64,000 bases of DNA from Felis catus (GCF_018350175.1 NC_058373.1:108564001-108628000); one strand, 5' to 3'. Numbered from the stretch's first letter, positions 20,960 to 34,127 are shown. Numbers and translations: made by a program. The notes: a model not told the origin generated them from the sequence alone.

Positions 20960-23250
20960 AGTGTTGCAGATTGGTTAACCTGAGAGTGGACTCAAGATAG
21001 GCTTGCAGGATATTCAGTATAAAGTGTTTTTGGTTTTGTAATCAACACGCATGGAGGAAGGTCAGGGAGTAGAATTGGGTAGAGAGGAGATGAAATACAG
21101 CACAGTTCTGAAGAAGGCCTCAGCTAAACATGGGGTCCGGGTGGCCCTTCAGAATTCTCCCAGGTTTGGGGTAAGGGACCTGGGCCTTCAGTAGCCCTGT
21201 GATGATCAGTCATTGGATGCATACTCTGAGTATCCAAAAGTCACTGTCAACTTAGACCCTTTGTCAACAACCCTAACAGTGTTTGGATCTCTCTCAAGTA
21301 TACAGTTTCTTGAATCAAGAGCCCGTGTCTCTTTGGGGAAGGATTGAGGGAATCATCATATACTTGCCATGGTATTGCTGGGTTCTGAGTCTGAAACGTA
21401 GCTCAGGTATAGAGACTGATAAAAGAATCATGACTTTTTGTTAGGGTGCCTGCTTTCAGACTTCTGACTAACCACCTTGGAGTTCTTTTGGATTTTATGT
21501 AGATTGAAAAGCATCCTTGTTGACTGCCCATCTAGTTCAGCCCTATGGAAGCTCTTATCTCTTAAGCAGACTATAACCCACACCTGGTCAGGCCTCCTTT
21601 TACTGACAGTGTGTCCTTGCCACTCTACAGTATTTTCATCCACCTGGCTTCTGGTTAAGTACTAATATATGGCCTTGATTGTTTTTGGAGATTTACCATG
21701 CCGGTTGTTATCAGGTGTGAACCCACTTCTGCATCTCTTATGTGCACTGACTTAGGTAGGAGAGCCAACAACCAAACTTCTTAGTATTGTTTTTTCCCCT
21801 CTCACCAGACATTCCTCATTGCTTTGGTAAATGTTAAATCCTCTCACTCTCCTGTGAAGCAAAGTGATCTGATGGATTTTCTGGCTTTACATAGTATATC
21901 CCTGTGGATATCACTTCTCTACATCTTTTAACCCCTTTTTCCATTGTCTGGCACAGTAATTCTGCTATTTCTGTTTCATTTAGTATGGGCCATCTTTTTC
22001 AGGCTTCTAGAGGCCTTCTTAGCTGTGTGTTTGTGCCACTTTCAAAGGTCTTTGTCAGAGCATTAATGCTGTATCACGAGAGAATAAACTTTTATTCAGA
22101 TTAGTGTCTTACTTGCTTGGGTCCAGCACACTCAGAATCCATTTTGCCTTTTCTGGGTGAACCATGCAGTTACTTTGAGGGTATTGTTTCTCCTAGCATG
22201 TCTCCAACTGAGTTGTGCTGTGATTTAACCATAGTTACTAGTCAAGTGTCCATATGGGAGAGTGGCCACTGAATGGGCACATATTCCTTTGTTAGGAGCA
22301 AAATCTTTGCATGATTTTCAAACAAAAGAAGAGGGTTAACCCTTCCCTGGGAGAATTAGGCCACTTCCTCAGGCTTAGAGAGTTGAGGCAGTCTGGTGAT
22401 TCAAGTGCTTTGAGTCCGTCAACCTAGATGCCTGCACCCCATGTGTCAGAATCCTATTTTTTTCAAATCAGGACCCTAACTATGGCACAGCTGATCTTTC
22501 TTGGTTGGGAGTGTAATCTATGAAACTTTGTTCCTGGGTGGTGTCCACGGCTTTCTCTTCCTTCCTGCTGAGGAGATAAGAACCACTTTATTCACCACCA
22601 AGGAAATATTCCACTTTTAGTTGACTATTTATTTTGTCTTTATCCAGAGCATCCACAGTTGATTAATAGCATTCTGGTTCCACTGTCCTAACAATTACTG
22701 CTTCCTCCATTTTCCCTCCAAATTGAGCTAATGCATTCCCTTCTACCCGTTTTTGTTTACCACCTGTAAAAGTTTCAACAGTTGCCCTGTTGCCCTGTGC
22801 CAGCAGCTATTTGTGCTGTTTCTGTCATCAGAGGTGGGTCCTCATTGCCAGCAGGCGGGCAGATGATCCAATTCGAAATTCTCATCTTGGCATTTGTTTT
22901 CTCTTGATACAAAATTTTGCCAGGTGGATTCCTGGGAAGCCAACGGTAAAATACAGGAAAGCATACAGGAGGCTTCATAAGGAATGTTCTTGATAATGCT
23001 CTTACAATCAGTTCTTAAGGAAGCAGAAAGGGAAGTCTCAATATGGAACGAATAAAGGCCTCTGCTGACCCCACGGGAACCTCTAAGGCTGACATGTCCC
23101 TTGTCCTAAGTTGTAATGTTAATCAGTCTTTGGCTTTGGGCTGCCCCAGAAGGTGGTTTGATTTTAGGTGAAGCGGTTTTATTCAGCCCATTAAAATCTC
23201 CAAAGAGTGTTGACTACTGCACTCACAGCAGCTGAGGAAGGAAATAATTT
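20960..23250 (-). mobile_element. ERVL remnant with two LTR16-like ends and ~1.7 kb degraded internal region
   Basis: Similar motifs in both ends (aaggcctcagctaaacatggg / aaggcctctgctgaccccacggg; atcagtcattgga / atcagtctttggc) flanking sequence resembling ERVL internal region. Confidence 0.55.
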
Positions 23251-23254
23251 TGTT

Positions 23255-24025
23255 ATTTGTATTCAGCTTTGAGGTATAATCAGAATAGAACATTGTGGAA
23301 GTTTAAAGTGTGTGGTGTATTGATTTATATATTAAGTAGAAGTTTATACCCTTTGATCACCCCTTCATTCTTTTTTTAAATTGATGTATAGTTGACACAA
23401 AATATCCTATTTCAGGTATACATCATAGTTATTTGATGTTTTTATACACTATGGAATGATCACCATGATGTCTAGTTATCGTATGTCACCATACAAAGTT
23501 GTCACAATATTGACTCTATTCCCTATGCTATGCATTACATTCCCATGACTGACTGACCTTAAAACTGGAAGTTTGTACCTTTTAAATATCTTCACCTATT
23601 TTACCCCCACATCCCTCTGGTAAATGAGTTTGTTACCTATATCTGTGTCTGTTTCTGTTTTGTTAGTTTTGTACTTAGATTCCACATGTAAGTGAAATCT
23701 TATTTCACTTAGCATAATACCCTCTAGGTCATTTTTGTTTTGTCACAAATGGCGACATGTCATTCTCTATGACTGAATGATATTGCATTGTATATACCAC
23801 ATCTTTATTCATCTGTTGGACATAGGTTGCTTCCATATCTTGGCTCTGTAAATAATGCTTCCACAAACATAGGGGTGCATATGTCCACCTTGGTGTTTTC
23901 GTTTTCTTTAATCACCCCAAAGTGAATTGATTGTATGGTAGTTCTGTTTTTAATTTTTTGAGGAACTTCCATACTATTTTCCATAGTGGTTGCACCAATT
24001 TACATTCCCACCAACAGTGAGGGTT
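23255..24025 (-). mobile_element. Two adjacent L1 3' ends (L1MA/L1_Carn), 5'-truncated
   Basis: Termini at ~23262 and ~23375; aaactggaagtttgtacctttt, tagattccacatgtaagtgaaatc, ttttccatagtggttgcaccaatttacattcccacc. Confidence 0.88.
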
Positions 24026-24039
24026 CTCAGCATTTCATT

Positions 24040-24263
24040 CTTTTTTTTTTTTTTAAGTTTATTTATTTTGAGTGAGAGAGTGCAGGCATACATGCACGCA
24101 TGGGGGGTGGGTGGGCAAGAGAGGGGCAGAGGGAATCCCCAGCAGGCTCCACACTGTCAGCCCAGAGCCTAGTGACACAGAGTTCAATCTCATGAACCAT
24201 GAGATCATGATCTGAGCTGAAACCAAGAGTCAGACACAACCAACTGAGCCACCCAGGTGCCCC
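24040..24263 (-). mobile_element. Can-SINE
   Basis: Ends gagccacccaggtgccccc; TSD ctcag..tttcattctt. Confidence 0.93.
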
Positions 24264-24734
24264 CTCAGTGTTTCATTCTTGAAGGAGGATGTAGGTGGCC
24301 TGTCAGAGCATGCTTCACATTCAAATATGTCTAACTTTCAAGGGAAACAAACTTAAGCTGGAATGAAAAAGACCTTGGAATATGAACAACATGAGGATAG
24401 TAATTTTTGTCCATTTTGTGTGTTGCTTTCTTCCTAGCATCTAGAACACTGCCTGACCTATAGTGTCGGCTCCGGAAGTAATTGTTGAACAAGTGCTTGT
24501 CACTCTTAGATTCCAACAGAGCGTATGCAGTGTGCCTTCCCACCCCTTTAGTCACAACTGTTACTTCTAAATAAGATACTATGCTTTCGTTGCCATAGGC
24601 TGGTCATCAGTTTCAATCCATTGTTTATGGATGTTAGTATTTATCAACTGATGTTAAAATGGAAAAATCTGAGATTTTTCCCATTTTCTGAGACTTAGTT
24701 GACTGAGTCACAGTGTTATTCTTGACTCTCATAT

Positions 24735-24927
24735 GTTTTTTTAGAAAGTTTATTTTGAGAGAGCTTGCAAGCAGAGGGAGGGACAAAGAGAGAGAAGGAA
24801 TACCAAGCAGGCTGTGTGCTGTTAGCATGGAGCCTGATGCGGGGCTCAATCCCACGAACCATGAGATCATGACTCGAGCTGAAATCAGGAGTTGGACACT
24901 CAACACCTCTGAGCCACACAGATGCCT
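24735..24927 (-). mobile_element. Can-SINE
   Basis: gagcctgatgcggggctcaatcccacgaaccatgagatcatgac body. Confidence 0.9.
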
Positions 24928-25070
24928 CAGCTGTCACATTTTTCTGTTACTGGGCAACTTAAAATTCATTTGTATTCATGTGGTTAAGTTTTCTTTTGTT
25001 TCTTAGAGCTAACAATGCACCCATAATGGAAAATCTAACATTTGTTTTGGCTTTAAGTATCTGACTTATT

Positions 25071-25165
25071 CATATATATATATATATATATGAATATATA
25101 TATGCATATATATATATATATATGCATATATACACACACACACACGCATATATATATATATATAT
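25071..25165. repeat. Compound (TA)n/(CA)n microsatellite
   Basis: Directly visible. Confidence 0.95.
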
Positions 25166-27396
25166 TTTTGTGAGATAGCCAAAAAGTATCACTGATTTAC
25201 CATAAAAAGAGGACAAATACACAAACTGATACAGAATGCAGAAATCTCTTAAAATGTGAAAATCCTTTGGGAAGCAACATTTAAAAAGAGATCTGTTCAC
25301 AAATATCTGTTATTTAACAAAATCACACCTACTTATCCATTTTTCTTTATATAAAGAATTGTTGCAGATAGAAGTATATAATTTATATAAATATATAATT
25401 TATAGTCTGAGTTTACTGTTAGGACACTTTGCAGAGATTTGTACATTTAAGTTCTTTTGAAATCCCATCAGATCACTTCCTGTTACTCATCTTTTTAACT
25501 TGCACTTGTGACCTGTAGATTTAACTGTCTTGATACCAGAATTCATAACTGTAACAGTGTAACTCTAGAGCAAACTTCCAAATGCTAATTTTAATAATAC
25601 AATCATAGCATCTGATAATAGATTCTTTTGTGCCACACATGATGCTAAATACCTAACAGTGCCATCATCTTACCTCGTGCTCACAAGCATACTGACTCTA
25701 GAACCCTCATTCCTAACTTCTGCCCCATGTTCCTTTCCAGGGGCACAGGGCTGCTGTTCTTCACTGCATCACCTGGCTGAATTCACTGACAATCACCACC
25801 AATAATGGTCATGAAAAGTGCCTTCTAAGTCCAAAGGTTTTAGTTTTGACATCAAGTGAATTCACTTGGGTAATTTTATGAAACTGATTGTTGTCCATCA
25901 AGATTCAGCCAAAAAAGAAATAGGAAAACATTGAAAGTGGTCACAGAATTTGCAGTTGCCTGAAGAGCTCTATTCTGCTTTTGGATTGCTGAATGTGGCT
26001 TGTTTTGCCTGTTCTGTTATTGAAGGTGAGAAGATTTTGTCAGGTAGTGTTAGTCCAGACATTCCTTCCTCTTTGTGTGACAGCCTGATAGAGGCACTTG
26101 CCTGTGCTCTTAGTAATACTCCCCTCCCCCTCCCCCTCCTCCTCCCCCCCCCCCCCACGTGCACACACAGGATCTCCATGACAGGAATGATTTTCTTTCT
26201 AAAATGGAGTTATCTGTAGAGTGTCTGTTAGATTGTGAGCTACTTATGAGTATGTTCTGGATCTTTTAACCCTTCCCAGAACTTTTCCCAGTATCTTGCA
26301 CAATCATTGGTTGAATGAATAAATGTAAGAACAGATAAGAGTTCAGAATACTAGGATATTTAGACAAAAATAGCCATCTGAGGATAAAAATGTAGGGCAT
26401 GTGGCTTATCAGTTATGAGTGGACACAGATTATACCCACAGTAGACTTCCTATCCTAGGAAGGACTTCTCGCAGCCTCTTGATGCTTGCTTCTCTGCATT
26501 GGGACAGGAATCTTTTTTTCTGGTAGTTCACAAAAACAAGATACCAAACAGCTAGTTTGCCTCTCTGTAATCAATGATTTCCCCAGCTGGTTGCCTGATC
26601 AATGTCATTGTGAACTTTGAAATGTCATCTCATTGTATAATACATTTACCATAACCAACTGTTAAACATAGCAGAAAAGTTCTTGCTTGCTTTCTAATGC
26701 CCCTTTAAATGTCTTGATTATATTCCACTTTTAGGTTCCTGTAATAGACATATGCATATTCTTTTCCTTCTATTAAACCTATGCTCACTAGGAGAAGGAT
26801 CAACTCATGCTGACCTTTCAGGCCTTTGAAATGTATGGCTCTCAAAGGAAATCAGTACAGGTCCTTTCTCTAATCCCTCATGTGATCAGATTACCCCATT
26901 CTATAAATTTTTCTATAAATAAGATGCAATAAGTGGAAGATGAGAAAGAACAGGACATTGGAAAGAATTTAAAAAAAAAATGGATTCAAGTAGAAGAAAC
27001 CTCAGGGGACCTAACAGGGTCACATCCTCCTTACAATCAATATGGTGTCACAGTAGGAAGCCTGTCAGGAGAGGATGATTTAGTGGCTGTGCTAATTAAT
27101 AAGATGGAAAGAAAAGTTAATAAAGCTTTTCTTCCATTGATATAGTGTATGCTCCCATCTTTTCTCTGTGTTCTCTGAAAGAAACAATTTTGGATCTGAG
27201 ATTGGGTCTCCCTTTGTCTTCACCTCTAACAACCACATTGTGACATGTGGCAACTCAGCTCTGGTGTGTAGGTGCTAAAGGGAAGTTTTTGAGCGGTTCA
27301 TCTGTGATGTGCAGGACAGTTATTCAGGTGATTAGCTAGATTCCATTCAGGTCCAATAAGAAATGCTACCCTGAGATTTCCTTGGTCCTGTCACAG

Positions 27397-27492
27397 GTCA
27401 AGAGTACTCAACCAAGTTTGATTGAGCAGTTCATTAGTGGACGCTGTCGAGCTTATATTATCAAATTGGAAGTTCTTGCTCAGTCAAAATCG
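27397..27492 (+). other. Candidate 96-nt phase-0/0 exon (VKSTQPSLIEQFISGRCRAYIIKLEVLAQSKS)
   Basis: tttccttggtcctgtcacag|GTC...TCG|gtaact; only frame 0 is open; three CpGs; unique sequence; peptide not recognised. Confidence 0.25.
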
Positions 27493-29345
27493 GTAACTGG
27501 GTTTTTCCTTTTTCTGCATTATTTTAAATGAATATGAAGTAGGATGGCCTGTTCTCACAATGCCACATCAGCTCTACTGTACCATGATGGAGTCTGGCAT
27601 TTCCCTTCCACCCCGGTTTCTAGTGACTGCCTTCACTGGACACATTGCTAGGGCCATGAAGAATATATTCTAATATAACATTTAATAAAAGTAAATCAGA
27701 ATTGCGGATGAAGGTAATAAAATGGTAGGTGACTCTTTGACAACTATTATGTGGGTACATCAATAGAATTGGGAATGAAAAATTTGTCATCCTATTTCCT
27801 GAGAGCTGAGAAGGGGTTCATTCCTTTATTTTGCATAAAAAGCAGTGTCTGCACAAATTGTCCAGCCATTAATGTTGAGTCTGAAACTATGTTTTTTAGT
27901 TGCTGTTTTTTTAGGCACCACGTCTAATCTTTTCGTGTTATTCTGATGACCAGTTACTATCATGCTCACTGGGTCAGAATTCCCCGGTTTCTTACTGGGT
28001 CATTAAGGTTTGTTTATCAGACTCATGGCCTAAAAATTGCATTTGGGGCAAGGAAATAGCCAACAAAAGGCAAGTGTAAGAAACCACATACCCAAACAGG
28101 AATGGACTTGTTTCAGGGATCTTTTTAAATTTAAAATAATTATTTTAAACTTGGGGTTTTATGAAGACCAAGTAGGTGATGGATTGAGATTGAAGGAGAC
28201 CTTGGAAGGATTAGTGCTCATTTTGCTTAACAGGTTTACATATATCCAGAGGAGACCTTAAAAATAACACACAGCTACAACTGCAATATGATCCTTCCTC
28301 ATCAAGCTCTGGGAAAACCCTTGCCCAGAGGAAATGTCTCCTTCCTAGTTCTCTGTGCCTTTCCTTCCTTTCATGTCATGGCCATTCTGTTCCTGCCCTG
28401 ATTCTCTCCTGCTTTGCCTCTGGTCCGAGACTGTTCACATTCAGCAGGTCACCTGCTGGGATCAATGCAACTTACCAGTTCCAGAACTTTCTTAGTTTCT
28501 CCATTTGCAAATGTTCAAGGCTTCAACTTTAAATTCAGTTTTTACTGATTGTGTTTCTGCCTGTATTGGGACATAATGCTGGGGATTTCAAGGTACCTCC
28601 TCTCTGATAATATAAAATGCTTATTATAGCTGCTACTGCTTATAAAATATATATGCTGTGGAAGTGGAAGAGGCCTTTGTTTTTTTTGAAAAAGGAGGAA
28701 ATGTCCTTTCAGCCAGAGTCCATCTGAAATGATCTTTCCCACTGCTGAAAGCCTGACACAAGTTTGTTTCACTCCATCAGTTTCCCCAGCTGACATCAAT
28801 AGTTAAAGTGCATCATTTGCTACTTCCTGGGGTTTTTTCTTTTAACCAGTTTATGTATCCTATTTGATAGAAATAGTATAAAAGGTAGAGGTCATAAGGA
28901 AAGTAGAAGCAAGAGGTAGGAATAATGATAAGCCATACTTTTCTACATTTTTCTAGGATTATTTCCTGTGTGCCGCATTCATTGTTTTGTAACCAAAATT
29001 GGCAGAGAAATTACTAGAATATGCATTGTCCTTGGGAAATACCTAATAATTTCAACGTCTCAAAAAAAAAATCTTTTTGAAGATACAAAGATGTTTTAGA
29101 TCATCTTTGCCTTCCTTCTTTTAGTGAAATAGATGTAAACTCATCGAGGTCAGGAGTCTCCGTCATCTTGCTGTCTCCCCTCTGGCTTAGGGTGCATCAT
29201 GTTCACAGTAAATCGTTGTTGAATAAGTGCTTGAGATAATAGCCCTGTGGGTCACCGCTGCTCTAAGTTGACTCTGGGTTCCTGTAGACATCCTGAAGCA
29301 AATGTCGAGCCCTGCTGCTGTCCTCTTGTTAGCAGGGACTCACAT

Positions 29346-29364
29346 TCACCAGCAGGTGGCAGCA
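29346..29364 (+). promoter_or_regulatory. CTCF core motif
   Basis: CCAGCAGGTGGCAG at 29349-29362 matches the CTCF consensus CC[AT][CG][CT]AG[GA][GT]GGC[AG]; in non-repeat DNA. Confidence 0.6.
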
Positions 29365-30247
29365 AACCTTTGTTTTTGCTTCTCTCCTGAGTAGGATGAA
29401 AGCATCTCAGTCAAATTCTATGGCTTGCAGGTGTCCTGCAAAAGATGCCTTTTGGATCGAGTTTACTAAGAAATTCACCCCCATCAAAATTATCCTCAGC
29501 TCGTACTCCTTTATTCTTAGAAATTAGATTTTTGGTAGAAGGAATCAAATCTGGTAGAAAATGAGCCAACCTGCCTTGCCAAATGTCCTTGTAAGTTCTG
29601 TGTGCTGGTGGTAGCAGACACCTAGGGAGATGCCACAGGGGAGGAAACTGGACAGAATCCTCAGTGGGAAGGCACTGCTTCTGCAGATGTGCCACTTTCT
29701 TCCACTTCCCATTAAAAATGTATCTTGCAGGGAAGGCAACTGGGTGGTAGGATAGTATGACCATTCATTGAGGTGACCTAGGACAGTTTTATATCTGATG
29801 TTCCAACATATTTATGCCCCTCTATTCTAAGTGTCATAATGTGAATTAAAAATTTTATAGTCACAAGTGGCCTAATGTCTCCAGCCAGGTGATCAGCTAA
29901 GGGTAAATAGGAGTCAGACCCCAGGACTTGAGAGGCAGGTAGCAAAGCTGAGAGTCCTGAATAGAGGAGAGCTTTGGGGCTTGGGGAAACTGTGTTTCTT
30001 TCCTTGCCTTCTAAAGTTGGACTGGTTTGTAGCAAAATTGTGAGGCAAGTGGTATTTTTGCCCTATCCTCCGGTGTGCTCCACAGCTCCTGTTTCTCCTC
30101 CTGAAGACATCCTAGGTAGCTACATTTCAGGTTTAAGGAATACGCTTTCTAATGGAAGAGATCCAGCCATCAAGTGCCGTTAAGGCAAGGACTGTGCTGA
30201 CACTGATTTGACCATGCACACTGTTTTCCCATGGTAAACTGACTATG

Positions 30248-30262
30248 CATCCTGCAGATGGC

Positions 30263-30265
<3 letters not shown>
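30248..30265 (+). promoter_or_regulatory. Second CTCF-like motif
   Basis: CCTGCAGATGGCAG at 30251-30264. Confidence 0.35.
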
Positions 30266-30343
<78 letters not shown>

Positions 30344-30365
30344 AGGGAGGGAGGGAGGGAAGGAG
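30265..30365. repeat. (GT)n(GA)n(GGGA)n compound microsatellite
   Basis: Directly visible. Confidence 0.97.
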
Positions 30366-30459
30366 AGATGGGTCACACGGATAGGGATCTATTTTTGGCA
30401 GGACCCTGAGCTAGCTTTAACACTCCAGTCATCCATGGAAGGTGATGTGGTTCTAAGAG

Positions 30460-30655
30460 GTGCTGTAGCATTGTGGTTAAGAGAGTCTACTTTGCATATG
30501 GAGAAGAGTGACCTGAATTTAGACCCTCCCACTTGTTTGTTAGTTGTGTGAATATGGATAAGTAACCCCTTAGTGCCTTAATTTCTAGAATGGGGTTAGT
30601 AATGTTCATATTCTTAGCACAGTGCTTTATACTTGATAAATATTGGGTAAATTAG
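30460..30655. mobile_element. MIR
   Basis: tgtagcattgtggttaagagag...gacctgaatttagaccctcccacttg..tagttgtgtga. Confidence 0.75.
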
Positions 30656-30784
30656 TTGTTAAAGCTGATTGCATAGGAAAACTAAAATGATATGATTATT
30701 TTTGTGGTCTCAAGGATTTTTATACATATTTATGACTTTAATTTTTAAAGGCATATAGTCTTTAATTCCATAATTAAAGAGTCT

Positions 30785-32640
30785 TTTTTCCAGTTTTGAG
30801 ATATATTTGACACATAGCAAATATAAGTTTAAGGAGTATAGCATAATGATATGAGTTAAATTTTAAAATGATTATCACAAGTTTAGTTAATATCTGTAAC
30901 CTTATATAGATATAAAAAAAACCTATTTTTTTTAATTTTTTTTTTCTTCAACGTTTTTTATTTATTTTTGGGGCAGAGAGAGACAGAGCATGAACGGGGG
31001 AGGGGCGGAGAGAGAGGGAGACACAGAATCGGAAACAGGCTCCAGGCTCTGAGCCATCAGCCCAGAGCCTGATGCGGGGCTCGAACTCACGGACCGCGAG
31101 ATCGTGACCTGGCTGAAGTCGGACGCTTAACCGACTGCGCCACCCAGGTGCCCCATAAAAAAAAAACTATTTTTCCTTGTGATGAGCACTCTTAGGATTT
31201 ACTGTTAACACTGTTATTAGGTATATATGAAAGTTAACTGTAGTCATCATGTAGTATATCACATCCCCAGTACTTAATTATTATACATTTGGAAGTTTGT
31301 ACTTCTTGTCTACCTTCATCCACCTCCCCCATCCTCTGCCTCTGTTAATCACAAATCTGATATCTTTTTTATGCATTTTTTATTTTTACTTGTATTTTTT
31401 TTAAGATTCAACTTATCAATGAGATCATGCAGTATTTCTTTCTGACTTATTTCAATTACTATCAGGTTCTCAATGTCCACCCATAGTGTTATGATAGGGT
31501 TTCCCTTTTTCATGGGTCAGTAGTACTCCGTGTGTCTGTGTGTGTACCACAACTTATTTGTCCATTCATCTGTTGTTGAACACTTAGTTGTTTTCATGTC
31601 TTGGCTGTTGTAAATAGTGCTGTGAACTTGGGGGTGCAGATATCTCCTTGATATAGTGATTTTTATTTCCTTTGGATATATACCCAAAAGTAGAATTGCT
31701 GGATTATATGGTAGTTCTATTTTTAATTATTTGGGGAATCTCCATACTGTTTTCCATAGTGGCTGCACCAATGCATAATCCCACCAATAGTGCACTGTGT
31801 TCTTTTCCCTTAACATTCACAACAGGTTTTATTATCTTTTGTCTTTTTGATGACATCTATTTTAACAGGTTTGAGGTGATCTCATTATAGTTTTGATTTG
31901 CATTTCTCTGATAATTAGTGATGCTGAGCACCTTTTCATGTATCTGTTGGCTATCTGCTTTTTTTTTGAAAAATGTCTATTCAGGTCCTTTGCCCATTTT
32001 TAAATTGGATTTTTGGTTTTTGGCTATTGTAGGAGGTTTTGCTTTCTTTTAGAAAGTGTATCTTGGATATTAACCCCTTATCAGACAGATGGTTTGCAAA
32101 CATTTTTTCCTATTCTGAAAATATTTGCAAATATTTTAAGTTTGTTGATATTTTCTGTGCAGAAGTTTTTCAGTTTGTAGTCCCACTTGTGGGCTTTTTT
32201 TTTGTTTTTGTTTTTATTCTGTTCCTTGTGCTTTTGGTGTCATAGCCAAAAAATCAATGCCACAACTCATGTCATGGAGCTTCAGTCACATGTTTTCTTG
32301 GAGTTTTATGGTTTCTGGTCTTACATTTTAGTCTTTAATCCATTTTGAGTTCATTTTTGGTAAGTGGTAAAAGATAAGTGTGTAGTTTTATTCATTTTAC
32401 ATGTCAATATCCAATGATCCCAGCACCATTTATTGAAGTGACTATCTTTTCTTCAATGAATATTCTTGGTTCCTTTGTCAAATAATAGTTGACTACGTAT
32501 GCATTGGTTTATATCTGGGCTCCTGATTGTTTCATTGGTCTGTGTGTCTGTTTTTATGCCAGTACCATACTGTTTTGATTACTACACTTTATAATATAGC
32601 TTGAAATCAGGAAATATGATTCCCTCTGTTTTGTTCCTCT
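30785..32640 (-). mobile_element. 5'-truncated L1 (3'UTR plus ORF2 C-terminus)
   Basis: ggatatatacccaaaagtagaattgctggat, gttttgatttgcatttctctgat, tttttatgccagtaccatactgttttgattact. Confidence 0.93.
30930..31154 (-). mobile_element. Young Can-SINE nested in L1
   Basis: Near-consensus and CpG-rich; TSD ataaaaaaaa(..)ctatttt. Confidence 0.97.
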
Positions 32641-32864
32641 GAGAAAGAAATAGTTTAAAGCTAGGAACTGGAACTTGGACATTGGTCTTGGCTCTGCTGT
32701 TAACTAGATATATTCTCTTTTACAAGTGCCTGAACCTGAGACTTCAGTCATTTACTTGCAGAGGAAAAGTGTAGGGTCTGATGGTTGCTTCTGTACCTTT
32801 GGTGTTGATGGTGGATGTTTCCCATGAGATGCCTGCACACAGTGCAGTGTGGTGCTCTGTGCTC

Positions 32865-33060
32865 TTTATCTGCTGGCTGGTTGAGTCTGTTAGAGGCTGG
32901 GATCATTGACTTGATTTCTCTGGGGCCCAGTTAGTTTCCTTGCATTTCAAGATTGTTTTCCTGGCCTCAGCTCATATGTTCTATGAACAAGAAGAAGGGC
33001 ACTTCCCCAGTATGGTGTATGGAACCATGCCAACATGACAATTAGGGAGGGAAACAGAAA
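32865..33060 (+). mobile_element. Possible MamSINE1-like ancient SINE
   Basis: gaggctgggatcattgacttgatttctctggggcccagttagtttc resembles, from recall, the MamSINE1 head; highly diverged. Confidence 0.25.
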
Positions 33061-33339
33061 GATGAAAAAAGGGGGTCACCTGATGCTAAGGAGTTAGACT
33101 GTGTTAATTGTCCAGGAGTCAAAAGGAGGGTGCTCTTAGGGACACTTCTCATAGTGGTCAATTCCTGCTAATCGTTGTCTGCTTCTTAGTAATTTGCTCA
33201 ACTAACTAATGGGGGAATTTGAATAAATCTTGGGATTCTGAATTGGCTCAAATGATTCCTTAATGGTTAGGCATGAAGAAACAAAACACGTTGTATAAGA
33301 TTTGTGACCATTTAGGAATTCTCCTTTTTCTTTTGTTTG

Positions 33340-33460
33340 TTTTTACTTAAATTCCAGTCACCATACAGTGTAATATTAGTTTCAGGTGTACAGTTTAGTG
33401 ATTCAACACTTCCATACAACACCCTGGGGTCATCACAAGTGCACTCCTTAATCCCCATTT
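33340..33460 (-). mobile_element. Very short carnivore L1 3' end
   Basis: catacagtgtaatattagtttcaggtgtacagtttagtgattcaacacttccatacaacacc; homologous to 43140 and 49400. Confidence 0.85.
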
Positions 33461-34127
33461 TAAAATTAAAATAAAAAGAATTAAAATAAAATTAAATTAA
33501 AATTAAAAAAATCACTGCTGTTAGTGTGATTTGCATATTACTGAGGTGCAGAGATAGTGAATTAGGGCTTGGACCTGGGCTCCCAGAAGTTCAAGGTGGG
33601 CAGGCTTTTAACTACTACTAGAATCTCGTCCTTCAATAGCTGTTTGCCCAAGGTGTTGATTCTTATGTTGTGATGTTGACCAGCCAATCCTCTAAAGACA
33701 CTGAAAGAAAGATTTAAACTTGGGTGTTTAATGAGCTGAAGAACTTCTCCCAGACATGCTTTTCTACTAGAAGATCCATCTTCCTCTGAAGACAGTAGTT
33801 ATTTTCCCCTTTTAAAAGAGAGATCTGGTTTGCAAAAACCCAGTAAATTGAGGCAAAACGGTGAGACTTTCTGCCTTCAAGATTAATGAACCCCAAGTTT
33901 GGTATGTGTGCATATCCTCTGATCCCCATGGCCTACAGAATAAGATGGAACAAAAATTTGGGGCAATATTTTAATTCTCACCTAAGGCCAGAATGAGATC
34001 TTTAAAAACAGAAAGCTCTGAAAAGAATTATAGTACCCTCCTCCGTCATGTAATTCAATGACAATAGAAAAATAAAATTCTAACTCAAAATGTAAAGGAA
34101 GAAAGTTAAGATAAACATTTATAATTT

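Noticed and set aside
26933..27145. 70-aa ORF MEDEKEQDIGK...
   Set aside because: GTG start, includes an A-run, no recognisable homology or splice context.
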